NCBI RefSeq assembly: GCF_044324785.1
Contig: NZ_CP172127.1
Strand: one strand, 5' to 3'
DNA: 64,000 bases
Source of the DNA: Escherichia coli
GTDB lineage: Bacteria; Pseudomonadota; Gammaproteobacteria; Enterobacterales; Enterobacteriaceae
Shown: piece after piece, positions 8,837 to 21,535 of the stretch
Numbering within the stretch: position 1 is the stretch's first letter
Layout of the letters: each line of letters begins with the position of its first letter
Notes under the pieces: generated by a model
What the model was told of the DNA's origin: nothing
Seen by the model: the letters and a program-made list of their open reading frames with translations, nothing else
Database searches by the model: none
Made by a program: the position numbers and the translations under genes

Positions 8837-9553
8837 ATGCGTCCAGCAGGCCGTAGCAATAATCAGGTGCGTCCCGTTACCCTGACTCGTAACTATACAA
8901 AACATGCAGAAGGCTCGGTGCTGGTCGAATTTGGCGATACCAAAGTATTGTGTACCGCCTCTATTGAAGAAGGCGTGCCGCGCTTCCTGAAAGGTCAGGG
9001 CCAGGGCTGGATCACCGCAGAGTACGGCATGCTGCCACGTTCTACCCACACCCGTAACGCGCGTGAAGCGGCGAAAGGTAAGCAGGGTGGACGCACCATG
9101 GAAATCCAGCGTCTGATCGCCCGTGCTCTTCGCGCGGCAGTAGATTTGAAAGCGCTGGGTGAGTTCACTATTACGCTGGACTGCGACGTGCTTCAGGCTG
9201 ATGGTGGCACGCGTACCGCGTCGATTACGGGTGCCTGCGTGGCGCTGGCAGATGCGCTACAGAAGCTGGTGGAAAACGGCAAGCTGAAAACCAACCCGAT
9301 GAAAGGGATGGTAGCCGCGGTTTCTGTCGGGATTGTGAACGGCGAAGCGGTTTGCGATCTGGAATACGTTGAAGACTCAGCCGCAGAGACCGACATGAAC
9401 GTAGTGATGACCGAAGACGGGCGCATCATTGAAGTGCAGGGGACGGCAGAAGGCGAGCCGTTCACCCATGAAGAGTTACTCACCTTGTTGGCGCTGGCCC
9501 GAGGGGGAATCGAATCCATTGTAGCGACGCAGAAGGCGGCGCTGGCAAACTGA
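8837..9553 (+). CDS. rph: ribonuclease PH (full length)
   Basis: ORF trimmed to [42 protein letters not shown]...; 238 aa, intact C-terminus. Confidence 0.9.
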   Translation: MRPAGRSNNQVRPVTLTRNYTKHAEGSVLVEFGDTKVLCTASIEEGVPRFLKGQGQGWITAEYGMLPRSTHTRNAREAAKGKQGGRTMEIQRLIARALRAAVDLKALGEFTITLDCDVLQADGGTRTASITGACVALADALQKLVENGKLKTNPMKGMVAAVSVGIVNGEAVCDLEYVEDSAAETDMNVVMTEDGRIIEVQGTAEGEPFTHEELLTLLALARGGIESIVATQKAALAN

Positions 9554-9560
9554 TTTTTAA

Positions 9561-9586
9561 GGCGACTGATGAGTCGCCTTTTTTTT
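9561..9586 (+). terminator. rph-pyrE intercistronic attenuator hairpin with T8 tract
   Basis: ggcgact-gatg-agtcgcc followed by tttttttt, read directly; matches the known UTP-sensitive pyrE attenuator location. Confidence 0.7.
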
Positions 9587-9618
9587 GTCTGTAGAAAAGT
9601 AAGATGAGGAGCGAAGGC

Positions 9619-10260
9619 ATGAAACCATATCAGCGCCAGTTTATTGAATTTGCGCTTAGCAAGCAGGTGTTAAAGTTTGGCGAGTTTACGCTGAAGTCCG
9701 GGCGCAAAAGCCCCTATTTCTTCAACGCCGGGCTGTTTAATACCGGGCGCGATCTGGCACTGTTAGGCCGTTTTTACGCTGAAGCATTGGTGGATTCCGG
9801 CATTGAGTTCGATCTGCTGTTTGGCCCTGCTTACAAAGGGATTCCGATTGCCACCACAACTGCCGTGGCGCTGGCGGAGCATCATGACCTGGACCTGCCG
9901 TACTGCTTTAACCGCAAAGAAGCAAAAGACCACGGTGAAGGCGGCAATCTGGTCGGTAGCGCGTTACAAGGACGCGTAATGCTGGTGGATGATGTGATCA
10001 CCGCCGGAACGGCGATTCGCGAGTCGATGGAAATTATTCAGGCCAATGGCGCGACGCTTGCTGGCGTGTTGATTTCGCTCGATCGTCAGGAACGGGGGCG
10101 CGGCGAGATTTCGGCAATTCAGGAAGTTGAGCGTGATTACAACTGCAAAGTGATCTCTATCATCACCCTGAAAGACCTGATTGCTTACCTGGAAGAGAAG
10201 CCGGAAATGGCGGAACATCTGGCGGCGGTTAAGGCCTATCGCGAAGAGTTTGGCGTTTAA
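9619..10260 (+). CDS. pyrE: orotate phosphoribosyltransferase
   Basis: [40 protein letters not shown]...; PRTase motif [13 protein letters not shown]. Confidence 0.95.
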
Positions 10261-10295
10261 AAATATGCGCTGTGCAGGGTTTTTGCTGTGCGCAG

Positions 10296-10326
10296 CGTGA
10301 TGCGCTTTAAGATATCGTGTTAATCT
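10296..10326 (+). promoter_or_regulatory. possible retron promoter (extended -10 TGt-TAATCT, weak -35)
   Basis: TG at 10318-10319 followed by taatct at 10321-10326, about 6 nt upstream of the predicted msr 5' end at 10332. Weak match; could also be read-through from pyrE. Confidence 0.25.
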
Positions 10327-10331
10327 GCTTT

Positions 10332-10525
10332 CGCCAGCAGTGGCAATAGCGTTTCCGGCCTTTTGTGCCGGGAGGGTCGGCGAGTCGCCGACTTAACGCC
10401 AGTAGTATGTCCATATACCCAAAGTCGCTTCATTGTACCTGAGTACGCTTCGCGTACGTCGCGCTGACGCGCTCAGTACAGTTACGCGCCTTCGGGATGG
10501 TTTAATGGTATTGCCGCTGTTGGCG
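10332..10525 (+). ncRNA. msr-msd: retron msr-msd non-coding RNA (template and primer for msDNA), bounded by a1/a2 inverted repeats
   Basis: a1 10332-10348 (cgccagcagtggcaata) pairs with a2 10509-10525 (tattgccgctgttggcg) as a 17-bp RNA duplex with two G-U wobbles; unpaired G at 10349 in the context AUAG-C is the candidate branching G; msr hairpins ccggc-cttttgt-gccgg (10355-10371) and gtcggcg-agt-cgccgac (10376-10392); msd palindromic block 10434-10480. Confidence 0.6.
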
Positions 10526-10557
10526 CCTCTTTTGGCCGCCGTGATGTGGAGAGTGGA

Positions 10558-11517
10558 ATGGATGCTACCCGGATAACCCTTCTGGCGCTCGATTTGTTCG
10601 GCTCGCCGGGCTGGAGCGCCGATAAAGAAATACAGCGGCTGTATGCGCTCAGTAATCATGCCGGACGCCATTACCGACGCATTATTCTTTCTAAACGCCA
10701 CGGTGGTCAGCGGCTGGTGTTAGCCCCTGATTACTTGCTCAAAACCGTACAGCGCAACATTCTTAAGAACGTTCTTTCACAATTTCCGCTTTCCCCTTTT
10801 GCTACAGCCTACCGACCAGGTTGCCCAATTGTCAGCAACGCGCAGCCTCACAGCCAACAGCCACAAATACTGAAACTCGATATCGAAAACTTTTTCGATA
10901 GTATTAGCTGGTTACAGGTCTGGCGTGTGTTTCGCCAGGCCCAGTTGCCACGTAATGTGGTAACCATGCTGACCTGGATTTGTTGTTATAACGACGCGTT
11001 ACCGCAGGGGGCACCAACTTCGCCAGCCATTTCCAATCTTGTGATGCGCTGTTTTGATGAGTGCATCGGGGCATGGTGCCAGGCACGAGGAATTACCTAC
11101 ACCCGCTACTGCGATGACATGACTTTTTCAGGTCACTTCAATGCCCGCCAGGTTAAAAATAAAGTGTGCGGATTGTTAGCGGAGATGGGCCTGAGCCTCA
11201 ATCAACGCAAAAGCTCCCTGATAGCTGCCTGTAAGCGCCAGCAGGTAACCGGGATTGTTGTTAATCACAAACCACAGCTTGCCCGCGAAGCGCGGCGGGC
11301 GCTGCGTCAGGAAGTACACTTATGCCAAAAATATGGCGTCATTTCGCATCTTAGTCGTCGTGGTGAACTTGATCCTTCATGCGATCTCCATGCACAGGCA
11401 ACGGCGTATCTTTATGCTTTGCAGGGAAGAATAAACTGGCTATTGCAAATCAATCCTGAGGATGAGGCCTTTAAACAGGCGAGGGAAAGTGTAAAGCGAA
11501 TGCTGTTGGCATGGTAA
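10558..11517 (+). CDS. ret: retron-type reverse transcriptase (319 aa)
   Basis: Start at ATG 10558 preceded by GGAGAG; contains RT motifs ...LPQGAPTSPAISNL... and ...ITYTRYCDDMTFSG... (YxDD box); size typical of retron RTs with no extra fused domain. Confidence 0.9.
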   Translation: MDATRITLLALDLFGSPGWSADKEIQRLYALSNHAGRHYRRIILSKRHGGQRLVLAPDYLLKTVQRNILKNVLSQFPLSPFATAYRPGCPIVSNAQPHSQQPQILKLDIENFFDSISWLQVWRVFRQAQLPRNVVTMLTWICCYNDALPQGAPTSPAISNLVMRCFDECIGAWCQARGITYTRYCDDMTFSGHFNARQVKNKVCGLLAEMGLSLNQRKSSLIAACKRQQVTGIVVNHKPQLAREARRALRQEVHLCQKYGVISHLSRRGELDPSCDLHAQATAYLYALQGRINWLLQINPEDEAFKQARESVKRMLLAW

Positions 11518-11525
11518 GAAAAGCG

Positions 11526-11547
11526 TCAGGCAGACGTTTCTGCCTGA
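11526..11547. terminator. hairpin between convergent RT and slmA genes
   Basis: tcaggcaga-cgtt-tctgcctga perfect 9-bp stem in the 43-bp gap. Confidence 0.45.
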
Positions 11548-11560
11548 ACGTTTGGGAGAA

Positions 11561-12157
11561 TTACTGCAACTGTGCGGCAATTAGCGGCCAGCGGGCGTCA
11601 AAATCATCCGTCGGGCGGTATTTAAACTCGCTGCGGACAAAGCGTGACAGCATACCTTCACAGAAGGCCAGGATCTGGCTTGCCAGCAGGGTTTCATCGG
11701 TGGTGTAACCTTCACCCTCACGCATTCTCTTTTCGCGCAATACCTGACGCAACTGCGCTTCAATACGCTCGAACAGCTGGTTGATGCGCCCTTGCAGGCG
11801 ATCCTGTTCAAACATTAGTGCATGACCAGTGAGGATGCGGGTCAGGCCAGGATTACGCTCACCAAAACCGAGAAGCAGCAACACAATCAGACGCAGGCGC
11901 GCTGTGGTGTCCTTCTCATCTTTCAGAATCAGATTGATGCGAGTAATCAGGCTATCTTCGATAAACTCAATCAGGCTATCGAACATGCGGGTCTTACTGG
12001 GGAAGTGGCGATACAGTGCCGCTTCGGAAACGCCGACAGAGGCGGCCAGTTTTGCCGTCGTGATACGTTGGCTTCCATCGCTGGATTCCAGCATCAGCGC
12101 CAGAGACTGAAGTATTTCCTCGCGACGGTTCCTTTTCGCAGTTTGTTTTTCTGCCAT
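11561..12157 (-). CDS. slmA: nucleoid occlusion factor SlmA (TetR family)
   Basis: ORF trimmed to [52 protein letters not shown]... Confidence 0.9.
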
Positions 12158-12263
12158 GTTACAAAATACCCCTGAAAATAAGCACTTGCCAGGCGGCACC
12201 CACGCTATGACCGCAAACGAAATGTTTGCGGCTATGTTATGACGTTATTCGGATGCGTATGTG

Positions 12264-12722
12264 TTACTGACGACCAGAGTGACCAAAGCCGCCTTCACCG
12301 CGGTCGGTGGCGTCGAAATCTTCCACCAGATTAAATTCAGCCTGTACTACCGGAACAAAAATCATCTGGGCGATGCGTTCGCCAGGTTGAATGGTGAAGC
12401 TGTCCTGACCACGGTTCCACACGGAAATCATCAACTGGCCCTGATAGTCGGAATCGATCAATCCTACCAGGTTACCAAGCACGATACCGTGCTTATGTCC
12501 CAATCCGGAGCGCGGCAGCATCATTGCCGCCAGTGAAGGATCGGCAATATGAATCGCCAGCCCGGTCGGAACCAGCGTAGTGTCACCCGGAGCCAGTTCT
12601 ACGGCGTCGTCGAGACAGGCACGCAGGTCAAGTCCGGCAGAGCCAGAGGTGGCATAAGTCGGGAGCGGAAATTCCTTCCCAACGCGCGGGTCCAGAATCT
12701 TAACGTCGATTTTTTTCATCAT
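12264..12722 (-). CDS. dut: dUTP diphosphatase
   Basis: [37 protein letters not shown]... recognised. Confidence 0.9.
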
Positions 12723-13920
12723 AACGGGTCACGATCTCGTCGAGTAATAATTGGCCAAGGAGCTCTTTGCGCTCAAGCGGTAAGACTTTATCTCCGTCCT
12801 GCCAGAAAAGGTGTAATGCGTTGTTGTCGCTGTTAAATCCTTGAGTTGGCTGGGAAACATCGTTCGCGCAGATCAGATCAAGGTTTTTACGGATACGTTT
12901 TTGCCGGGCGTATTCTTCCACATTATTTGTTTCGGCGGCAAATCCAACGACGTAGGGTCGATGGTCTTTTAGTGCGGCAACGCCTGCGACGATATCGGGG
13001 TTTTTAACCATTTTTATTGTTAATTCATCACCCTGCGTGGCCTGCTTTTTGATTTTCTCTGGGGCCACGGTAGCTGCGCGATAATCCGCCACGGCGGCGC
13101 AACCGATAAAAATATTTTGCTGCTGTACAGAAGCATTCACGGCCGCTTCCATTTCCAGCGCAGTCATCACATCAACACGTTTAACAAACGGTGGCGTCGG
13201 TAGTGAAACCGGACCTGATACCAGCGTGACGTTCGCGCCACGACGGGCAGCGGCGGCGGCGATAGCAAAACCCATCTTGCCTGAGCTGTGATTAGAGATA
13301 TAACGCACCGGATCGAGCGGTTCACGCGTCGGGCCGGCGGTAATCATAATGCTCAGATGTTTCAGGTCGTTGACGGGCGAAAAATGCGCTACCGCCATAT
13401 CAACAATGGTTAACGGATCGAGCATTCGCCCAGGGCCGATATCACCACAAGCCTGACTGCCACTGTCTGGCCCCCAGATGAGCAAACCACGGGAAGCAAG
13501 CACCTCTAAATTATGCTGCGTGGCAGCGGCACGGTACATCTGCTGGTTCATGGCGGGGAGCACGGCTACAGGCGCAGGAGTGGCCAGACAAATCGTCGAT
13601 ACCAGATCATTCGCCATTCCGGCAGCAACACGGGCAATCAAATCTGCCGTGGCAGGGGCGAGAATCACTAAATCAGCCCATTTACCCAGCTCAATATGGC
13701 CCATTGCGGCTTCGGCTGCCGGGTCCAGCAGACTGTCGGAAACGGGATACCCAGAAACCGCCTGCAAGCTAAGTGGGGTGATAAAGGCTTTTGCCGCTTC
13801 GGTCATGGCTACGCGGACGTCGGCCCCGCGCTCGCGCAAACGACGCACCAGTTCAGGGGTTTTATAGGCAGCAATACCGCCGCTAACGCCGAGAACGATT
13901 TTTTTACCGGCCAGGCTCAT
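12700..13920 (-). CDS. coaBC: bifunctional phosphopantothenoylcysteine decarboxylase / synthetase
   Basis: ORF trimmed to [37 protein letters not shown]... Confidence 0.9.
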
Positions 13921-14085
13921 GATGATTTTTCCTGTTGGGTGACACCAGAAGTTGGCGATTTTATCACAATACTTTTGTTGTCGTGCCTTCACCTGAGAAT
14001 CACTTTGCGAGGCGCTTTCCAGGATTGAAAACTGGCCGTCGATTTAACGGAACGGCTATGACAGGATGCGAGCACCACAAAGGAG

Positions 14086-14760
14086 GTGAAGGTGAAAAAC
14101 AATGCACAGCTGTTGATGCCGCGCGAAAAAATGCTGAAGTTTGGTATTAGCGCCTTAACGGATGTCGAGCTGCTGGCGCTATTTCTGCGTACCGGAACGC
14201 GCGGTAAAGATGTATTAACCCTGGCAAAAGAGATGCTGGAGAATTTCGGCTCTCTTTATGGCTTGTTAACCTCTGAATATGAACAGTTTAGTGGCGTTCA
14301 TGGAATTGGTGTGGCGAAATTCGCCCAGTTAAAGGGGATTGCCGAACTGGCGCGGCGTTACTACAACGTGCGGATGCGTGAAGAAAGCCCTTTACTCAGC
14401 CCGGAGATGACGAGGGAATTTTTACAAAGCCAGCTCACGGGTGAGGAGCGGGAGATCTTTATGGTGATCTTTCTCGACTCACAACACCGGGTTATAACGC
14501 ATAGCCGACTTTTTTCCGGCACGCTAAACCATGTTGAAGTCCATCCTCGGGAAATTATCCGCGAAGCGATAAAAATAAACGCCTCGGCGCTGATCCTTGC
14601 ACATAATCACCCTTCGGGTTGTGCTGAACCCAGTAAAGCGGATAAACTCATTACTGAACGGATAATAAAGAGTTGTCAGTTCATGGATTTACGCGTGCTC
14701 GACCATATCGTGATTGGGCGTGGAGAGTATGTTTCTTTTGCCGAACGCGGCTGGATTTAA
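14086..14760 (+). CDS. yicR: RadC-like JAB domain protein YicR
   Basis: C-terminal ...[21 protein letters not shown]... JAB/MPN motif; conserved position. Confidence 0.85.
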
Positions 14761-14955
14761 CCCGCTATGCGCGATCCTTCGGGATCTTTGTCTGTTCGGG
14801 ACTTGAGCACATCGCTGAGTCAGCGTATACTACGCCACCTTTGAGAATCTCGGGTTTGGCATTTGGGCCTGGCAATCGAGAGTTCACATAGAACTGCGAT
14901 GACCGGGCTGTAAAGCCTGACGAGGCGCCAATACCCCATACGAAGCTCGAGCTAA

Positions 14956-15213
<258 letters not shown>

Positions 15214-15230
15214 GTACTTAGAGGAAATAA

Positions 15231-15401
<171 letters not shown>

Positions 15402-15425
15402 TTCTCGCTTTGATGTAACGAAAAA

Positions 15426-15447
15426 CCTCGCTCCGGCGGGGTTTTTT
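15426..15447 (+). terminator. rho-independent terminator after rpmBG
   Basis: cctcgc-tccg-gcgggg followed by tttttt. Confidence 0.5.
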
Positions 15448-15498
15448 GTTATCTGCTTACCCCCATATTGATTGCATCTGTTCATTCCTGGAGATGCT

Positions 15499-16308
15499 AT
15501 GCCTGAATTACCTGAAGTTGAAACCAGCCGCCGCGGCATAGAACCGCATCTCGTTGGTGCAACCATTCTTCATGCGGTGGTGCGCAACGGACGCTTGCGC
15601 TGGCCGGTTTCAGAAGAGATCTACCGTTTAAGCGACCAACCAGTGCTTAGCGTGCAGCGGCGGGCTAAATATCTGCTGCTGGAGCTGCCTGAGGGCTGGA
15701 TTATCATTCATTTGGGGATGTCTGGCAGCCTGCGCATCCTTCCAGAAGAACTTCCCCCTGAAAAGCATGACCATGTGGATTTGGTGATGAGCAACGGTAA
15801 AGTGCTGCGCTACACCGATCCGCGCCGCTTTGGTGCCTGGCTGTGGACCAAAGAGCTGGAAGGGCATAATGTGCTGACCCATCTTGGACCGGAGCCGCTT
15901 AGCGACGATTTCAACGGTGAGTATCTGCATCAGAAGTGTGCGAAGAAAAAAACGGCGATTAAACCGTGGCTGATGGATAACAAGCTGGTGGTAGGGGTAG
16001 GGAATATCTATGCCAGCGAATCGCTGTTTGCGGCGGGGATCCATCCGGATCGGCTGGCGTCATCACTGTCGCTGGCAGAGTGTGAATTGTTAGCTCGGGT
16101 GATTAAAGCGGTGTTGCTGCGTTCGATTGAGCAGGGCGGTACAACGCTGAAAGATTTTCTGCAAAGTGATGGTAAACCGGGCTATTTCGCTCAGGAATTG
16201 CAGGTTTACGGGCGAAAAGGTGAGCCGTGTCGGGTGTGCGGTACGCCGATTATGGCGACTAAACATGCGCAGCGGGCAACGTTTTATTGTCGGCAGTGCC
16301 AGAAGTAA
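15499..16308 (+). CDS. mutM: formamidopyrimidine-DNA glycosylase
   Basis: ORF trimmed to [20 protein letters not shown]...; C-terminal zinc finger CRVCGTPI...CRQCQK. Confidence 0.9.
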   Translation: MPELPEVETSRRGIEPHLVGATILHAVVRNGRLRWPVSEEIYRLSDQPVLSVQRRAKYLLLELPEGWIIIHLGMSGSLRILPEELPPEKHDHVDLVMSNGKVLRYTDPRRFGAWLWTKELEGHNVLTHLGPEPLSDDFNGEYLHQKCAKKKTAIKPWLMDNKLVVGVGNIYASESLFAAGIHPDRLASSLSLAECELLARVIKAVLLRSIEQGGTTLKDFLQSDGKPGYFAQELQVYGRKGEPCRVCGTPIMATKHAQRATFYCRQCQK

Positions 16309-16346
16309 TTCATGCGCGCCGGATGGCATACCATCCGGCATAAACG

Positions 16347-18111
<1,765 letters not shown>

Positions 18112-18424
18112 AGTAAATAGCTGACTTATGGATGTGCTGGGGATTCTATGTATTTAGCTGTGGCTTTACCATTACTTTTCCCGTTTTTGACTTAAATAGC
18201 AATTTACCCGCCAATTCTTGCTGAACATCTATACTTTTTTTGTATTTTTATGCGATTCATTGATTTCTGCAGTACGTGCAGGAAGGAATCGCAGAGCAAC
18301 AGTGAAAGAATATGGTTGCTAATGATTTTATTTGATTGATTTCTTTATTGAAAATCAACAATGTGCTTAAAAATCATTCGGGTCGGATTGCCGCGAAAGA
18401 AGTGATACACTAGCGCGTCAATAT

Positions 18425-18474
18425 CAGTGCGGTATCAGTATTCAGGTAGCTGTTGAGCCTGGGGCGGTAGCGTG
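18425..18474 (+). promoter_or_regulatory. JUMPStart element containing ops site (GGCGGTAGCGTG) for RfaH-dependent antitermination of the waaQ operon
   Basis: cagtgcggtatcagtattcaggtagctgttgagcctggggcggtagcgtg read directly; ops 12-mer at 18463-18474. Confidence 0.8.
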
Positions 18475-18523
18475 CTTTTTCTGCTTCACCTTAATCGGAT
18501 AATCTCAACAAAAAGAGTTACTT

Positions 18524-19582
18524 GTGGATAAGCCATTTCGAAGAATTTTGCTCATTAAGATGCGTTTTCATGGGGATATGTTATTAACTACTCCCGTCAT
18601 TAGTTCGCTGAAAAAAAATTACCCTGACGCAAAAATCGATGTGCTGCTTTATCAGGACACCATCCCGATCCTGTCTGAAAATCCAGAGATTAACGCGCTC
18701 TACGGCATAAAAAATAAAAAAGCAAAAGCCTCAGAAAAAATTGCCAACTTTTTTCATCTCATCAAGGTATTACGTGCCAATAAGTATGACCTTATCGTCA
18801 ATCTTACCGATCAATGGATGGTTGCTATACTGGTTCGCTTATTAAATGCCCGTGTGAAAATTTCCCAGGATTATCATCATCGGCAGTCTGCTTTTTGGCG
18901 TAATAGTTTCACTCATTTGGTGCCGTTGCAGGGTGGAAATGTGGTGGAAAGTAACTTATCCGTGCTATCGCCATTGAGACTTGAATCGTTGGTGAAGCAG
19001 ACAACCATGAGTTACCCGCCTGCAAGCTGGAAACGTATGCGTCGCGAACTTGATCACGCTGGTGTTGGACAAAATTATGTGGTTATCCAACCTACGGCGC
19101 GGCAAATCTTCAAATGCTGGGACAACGCCAAGTTTTCCGCTGTGATTGATGCCTTACATGCTCGTGGTTATGAAGTCGTTCTGACGTCCGGCCCAGATAA
19201 AGACGATCTGGCCTGCGTCAATGAAATTGCCCAGGGATGCCAGACGCTACCAGTAACGGCGCTGGCCGGAAAGGTGACCTTCCCGGAACTTGGTGCGTTA
19301 ATCGATCATGCCCAGCTGTTTATTGGCGTTGATTCCGCACCGGCGCATATTGCCGCTGCAGTTAATACGCCGCTGATATCGCTGTTTGGTGCGACAGACC
19401 ATATTTTCTGGCGTCCCTGGTCAAATAACATGATTCAATTCTGGGCGGGAGATTACCGGGAAATGCCAACGCGCGATCAGCGTGACCGAAATGAGATGTA
19501 TCTTTCGGTTATTCCGGCGGCAGATGTCATTGCTGCTGTCGATAAATTACTGCCCTCCTCCACGACAGGTACGTCGTTATGA
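18524..19582 (+). CDS. waaQ: LPS heptosyltransferase III
   Basis: GTG start at 18524 keeps the conserved heptosyltransferase N-terminus (RRILLIK...GDML.TTPV); product recognised as WaaQ. Confidence 0.8.
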   Translation: MDKPFRRILLIKMRFHGDMLLTTPVISSLKKNYPDAKIDVLLYQDTIPILSENPEINALYGIKNKKAKASEKIANFFHLIKVLRANKYDLIVNLTDQWMVAILVRLLNARVKISQDYHHRQSAFWRNSFTHLVPLQGGNVVESNLSVLSPLRLESLVKQTTMSYPPASWKRMRRELDHAGVGQNYVVIQPTARQIFKCWDNAKFSAVIDALHARGYEVVLTSGPDKDDLACVNEIAQGCQTLPVTALAGKVTFPELGALIDHAQLFIGVDSAPAHIAAAVNTPLISLFGATDHIFWRPWSNNMIQFWAGDYREMPTRDQRDRNEMYLSVIPAADVIAAVDKLLPSSTTGTSL

Positions 19583-20703
19583 TCGTTGCTTTTTGTTTAT
19601 ATAAATATTTTCCCTTTGGCGGTTTGCAGCGCGATTTCATGCGTATTGCTCAGACAGTCGCCGCCCGAGGTCATCATGTTCGGGTTTATACCCAGTCGTG
19701 GGAAGGCGAATGCCCTGATGTATTTGAACTGATCAAAGTGCCGGTTAAATCGCATACCAATCACGGGCGCAATGCGGAGTATTTTGCCTGGGTGCAAAAA
19801 CATTTACGCGAACATCCCGTCGATAGAGTCGTTGGATTTAATAAAATGCCGGGGCTGGACGTTTATTATGCCGCTGATGTTTGTTATGCCGAGAAAGTAG
19901 CGCAGGAAAAAGGCTTTTTCTATCGCCTGACGTCACGTTATCGCCATTATGCCGCCTTTGAGCGGGCAACCTTCGAACAGGGCAAGCCGACACAGCTGCT
20001 GATGCTGACAGATAAGCAAATCGCCGATTTCCAGAAACATTATCAGACTGAAGCGGAGCGTTTTCATATTCTGCCACCGGGGATTTATCCTGATCGTAAA
20101 TATAGCCAGCAGCCAGCCAATAGCCGTGAAATCTTCCGTAAGAAGAATGGAATAACCGAACAACAATATTTATTGTTGCAGGTCGGTTCAGACTTCACGC
20201 GTAAAGGTGTCGATCGTTCCATTGAAGCACTTGCTTCATTACCGGATACGCTGCGCCACAACACATTGCTATATGTTGTTGGGCAGGATAAACCGCGAAA
20301 ATTTGAGGCGCTGGCAGAAAAACGCGGCGTGCGCAGTAATGTTCACTTCTTCTCGGGGCGCAACGATGTCTCGGAATTAATGGCGGCGGCGGATTTATTA
20401 CTGCATCCTGCCTACCAGGAAGCGGCGGGAATTGTGCTGCTGGAAGCGATTACTGCAGGATTACCGGTACTAACAACTGCCGTTTGCGGCTATGCGCATT
20501 ATATTGTCGACGCCAATTGCGGCGAGGCTATTGCTGAGCCATTCCGCCAGGAAACATTGAATGAGATTTTACGCAAAGCGTTAACGCAATCTTCATTGCG
20601 CCAGGCCTGGGCGGAAAATGCGCGACATTATGCTGATACACAAGATTTATACAGTCTGCCAGAAAAAGCGGCGGATATCATAACGGGTGGTCTGGATGGT
20701 TGA
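19579..20703 (+). CDS. waaG: LPS core glucosyltransferase I (GT4)
   Basis: 374-aa [42 protein letters not shown]... Confidence 0.9.
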   Translation: MIVAFCLYKYFPFGGLQRDFMRIAQTVAARGHHVRVYTQSWEGECPDVFELIKVPVKSHTNHGRNAEYFAWVQKHLREHPVDRVVGFNKMPGLDVYYAADVCYAEKVAQEKGFFYRLTSRYRHYAAFERATFEQGKPTQLLMLTDKQIADFQKHYQTEAERFHILPPGIYPDRKYSQQPANSREIFRKKNGITEQQYLLLQVGSDFTRKGVDRSIEALASLPDTLRHNTLLYVVGQDKPRKFEALAEKRGVRSNVHFFSGRNDVSELMAAADLLLHPAYQEAAGIVLLEAITAGLPVLTTAVCGYAHYIVDANCGEAIAEPFRQETLNEILRKALTQSSLRQAWAENARHYADTQDLYSLPEKAADIITGGLDG

Positions 20704-21493
20704 ACTTAAAGAGCCGTTTGCCACGTTATGGCGCGGTAAAGATCCTTTTGAGGAAGTTAAAACCTTGCAGGGTGAGGTTTTTCGTGAACTGGAAACTCGC
20801 CGCACTCTGCGCTTTGAAATGGCGGGCAAAAGCTATTTTCTCAAATGGCATCGCGGCACGACCCTGAAAGAGATAATCAAAAATTTACTCTCATTACGGA
20901 TGCCAGTATTAGGCGCAGACCGCGAATGGAATGCGATTCATCGACTGCGGGATGTCGGCGTTGATACTATGTATGGGGTGGCATTCGGCGAAAAAGGCAT
21001 TAATCCGCTGACCAGAACCTCGTTTATTATAACCGAAGATCTGACACCAACCATCAGTCTGGAAGATTACTGTGCTGACTGGGCGACTAACCCTCCAGAT
21101 GTTCGCGTAAAGCGTATGCTTATTAAGCGTGTCGCGATGATGGTGCGCGATATGCATGCTGCGGGCATTAACCACCGTGACTGTTATATCTGTCATTTCC
21201 TGCTGCACTTGCCTTTTTCCGGTAAGGAAGAGGAGTTAAAAATTTCGGTAATTGACCTGCACCGGGCGCAGCTTCGCACGCGCGTTCCACGTCGTTGGCG
21301 CGATAAAGATCTTATTGGGCTTTATTTTTCTTCGATGAATATCGGCCTGACTCAGCGGGATATCTGGCGGTTTATGAAAGTGTATTTTGCCGCCCCGCTT
21401 AAAGACATTCTCAAGCAGGAACAAGGACTGCTGTCGCAAGCAGAAGCAAAAGCCACAAAAATCAGGGAAAGAACGATTAGAAAATCGTTGTAA
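20696..21493 (+). CDS. waaP: LPS core heptose I kinase
   Basis: ORF trimmed to [41 protein letters not shown]... Confidence 0.9.
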   Translation: MVELKEPFATLWRGKDPFEEVKTLQGEVFRELETRRTLRFEMAGKSYFLKWHRGTTLKEIIKNLLSLRMPVLGADREWNAIHRLRDVGVDTMYGVAFGEKGINPLTRTSFIITEDLTPTISLEDYCADWATNPPDVRVKRMLIKRVAMMVRDMHAAGINHRDCYICHFLLHLPFSGKEEELKISVIDLHRAQLRTRVPRRWRDKDLIGLYFSSMNIGLTQRDIWRFMKVYFAAPLKDILKQEQGLLSQAEAKATKIRERTIRKSL

Positions 21494-21535
21494 CCCGTAA
21501 CTTATTTTTGCCAAAAATTTGGATACAGAGTAAAT

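Noticed and set aside
10261-10545. Identification of the retron as Ec86 (retron-Eco1)
   Set aside because: The msr-msd region does not resemble the Ec86 msd sequence as I remember it, and the chromosomal position between pyrE and slmA fits Ec107 instead.
10546-10557. GTG start for the RT gene as given in the ORF track
   Set aside because: The ATG at 10558 has a better-placed GGAGAG ribosome-binding site and gives the 319-aa length I recall for this RT; the GTG start would overlap the a2 repeat region more closely.
16310-16345. Terminator between mutM and coaD (gccggatgg-cata-ccatccggc)
   Set aside because: Good hairpin but no flanking T-run on either strand; may be an RNA stability element rather than a terminator, so not listed as a feature.
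18112-18523. IS element or insertion in the waaA-waaQ or waa outer-core region
   Set aside because: No transposase ORF or terminal inverted repeats; region contains only the expected JUMPStart/ops leader.
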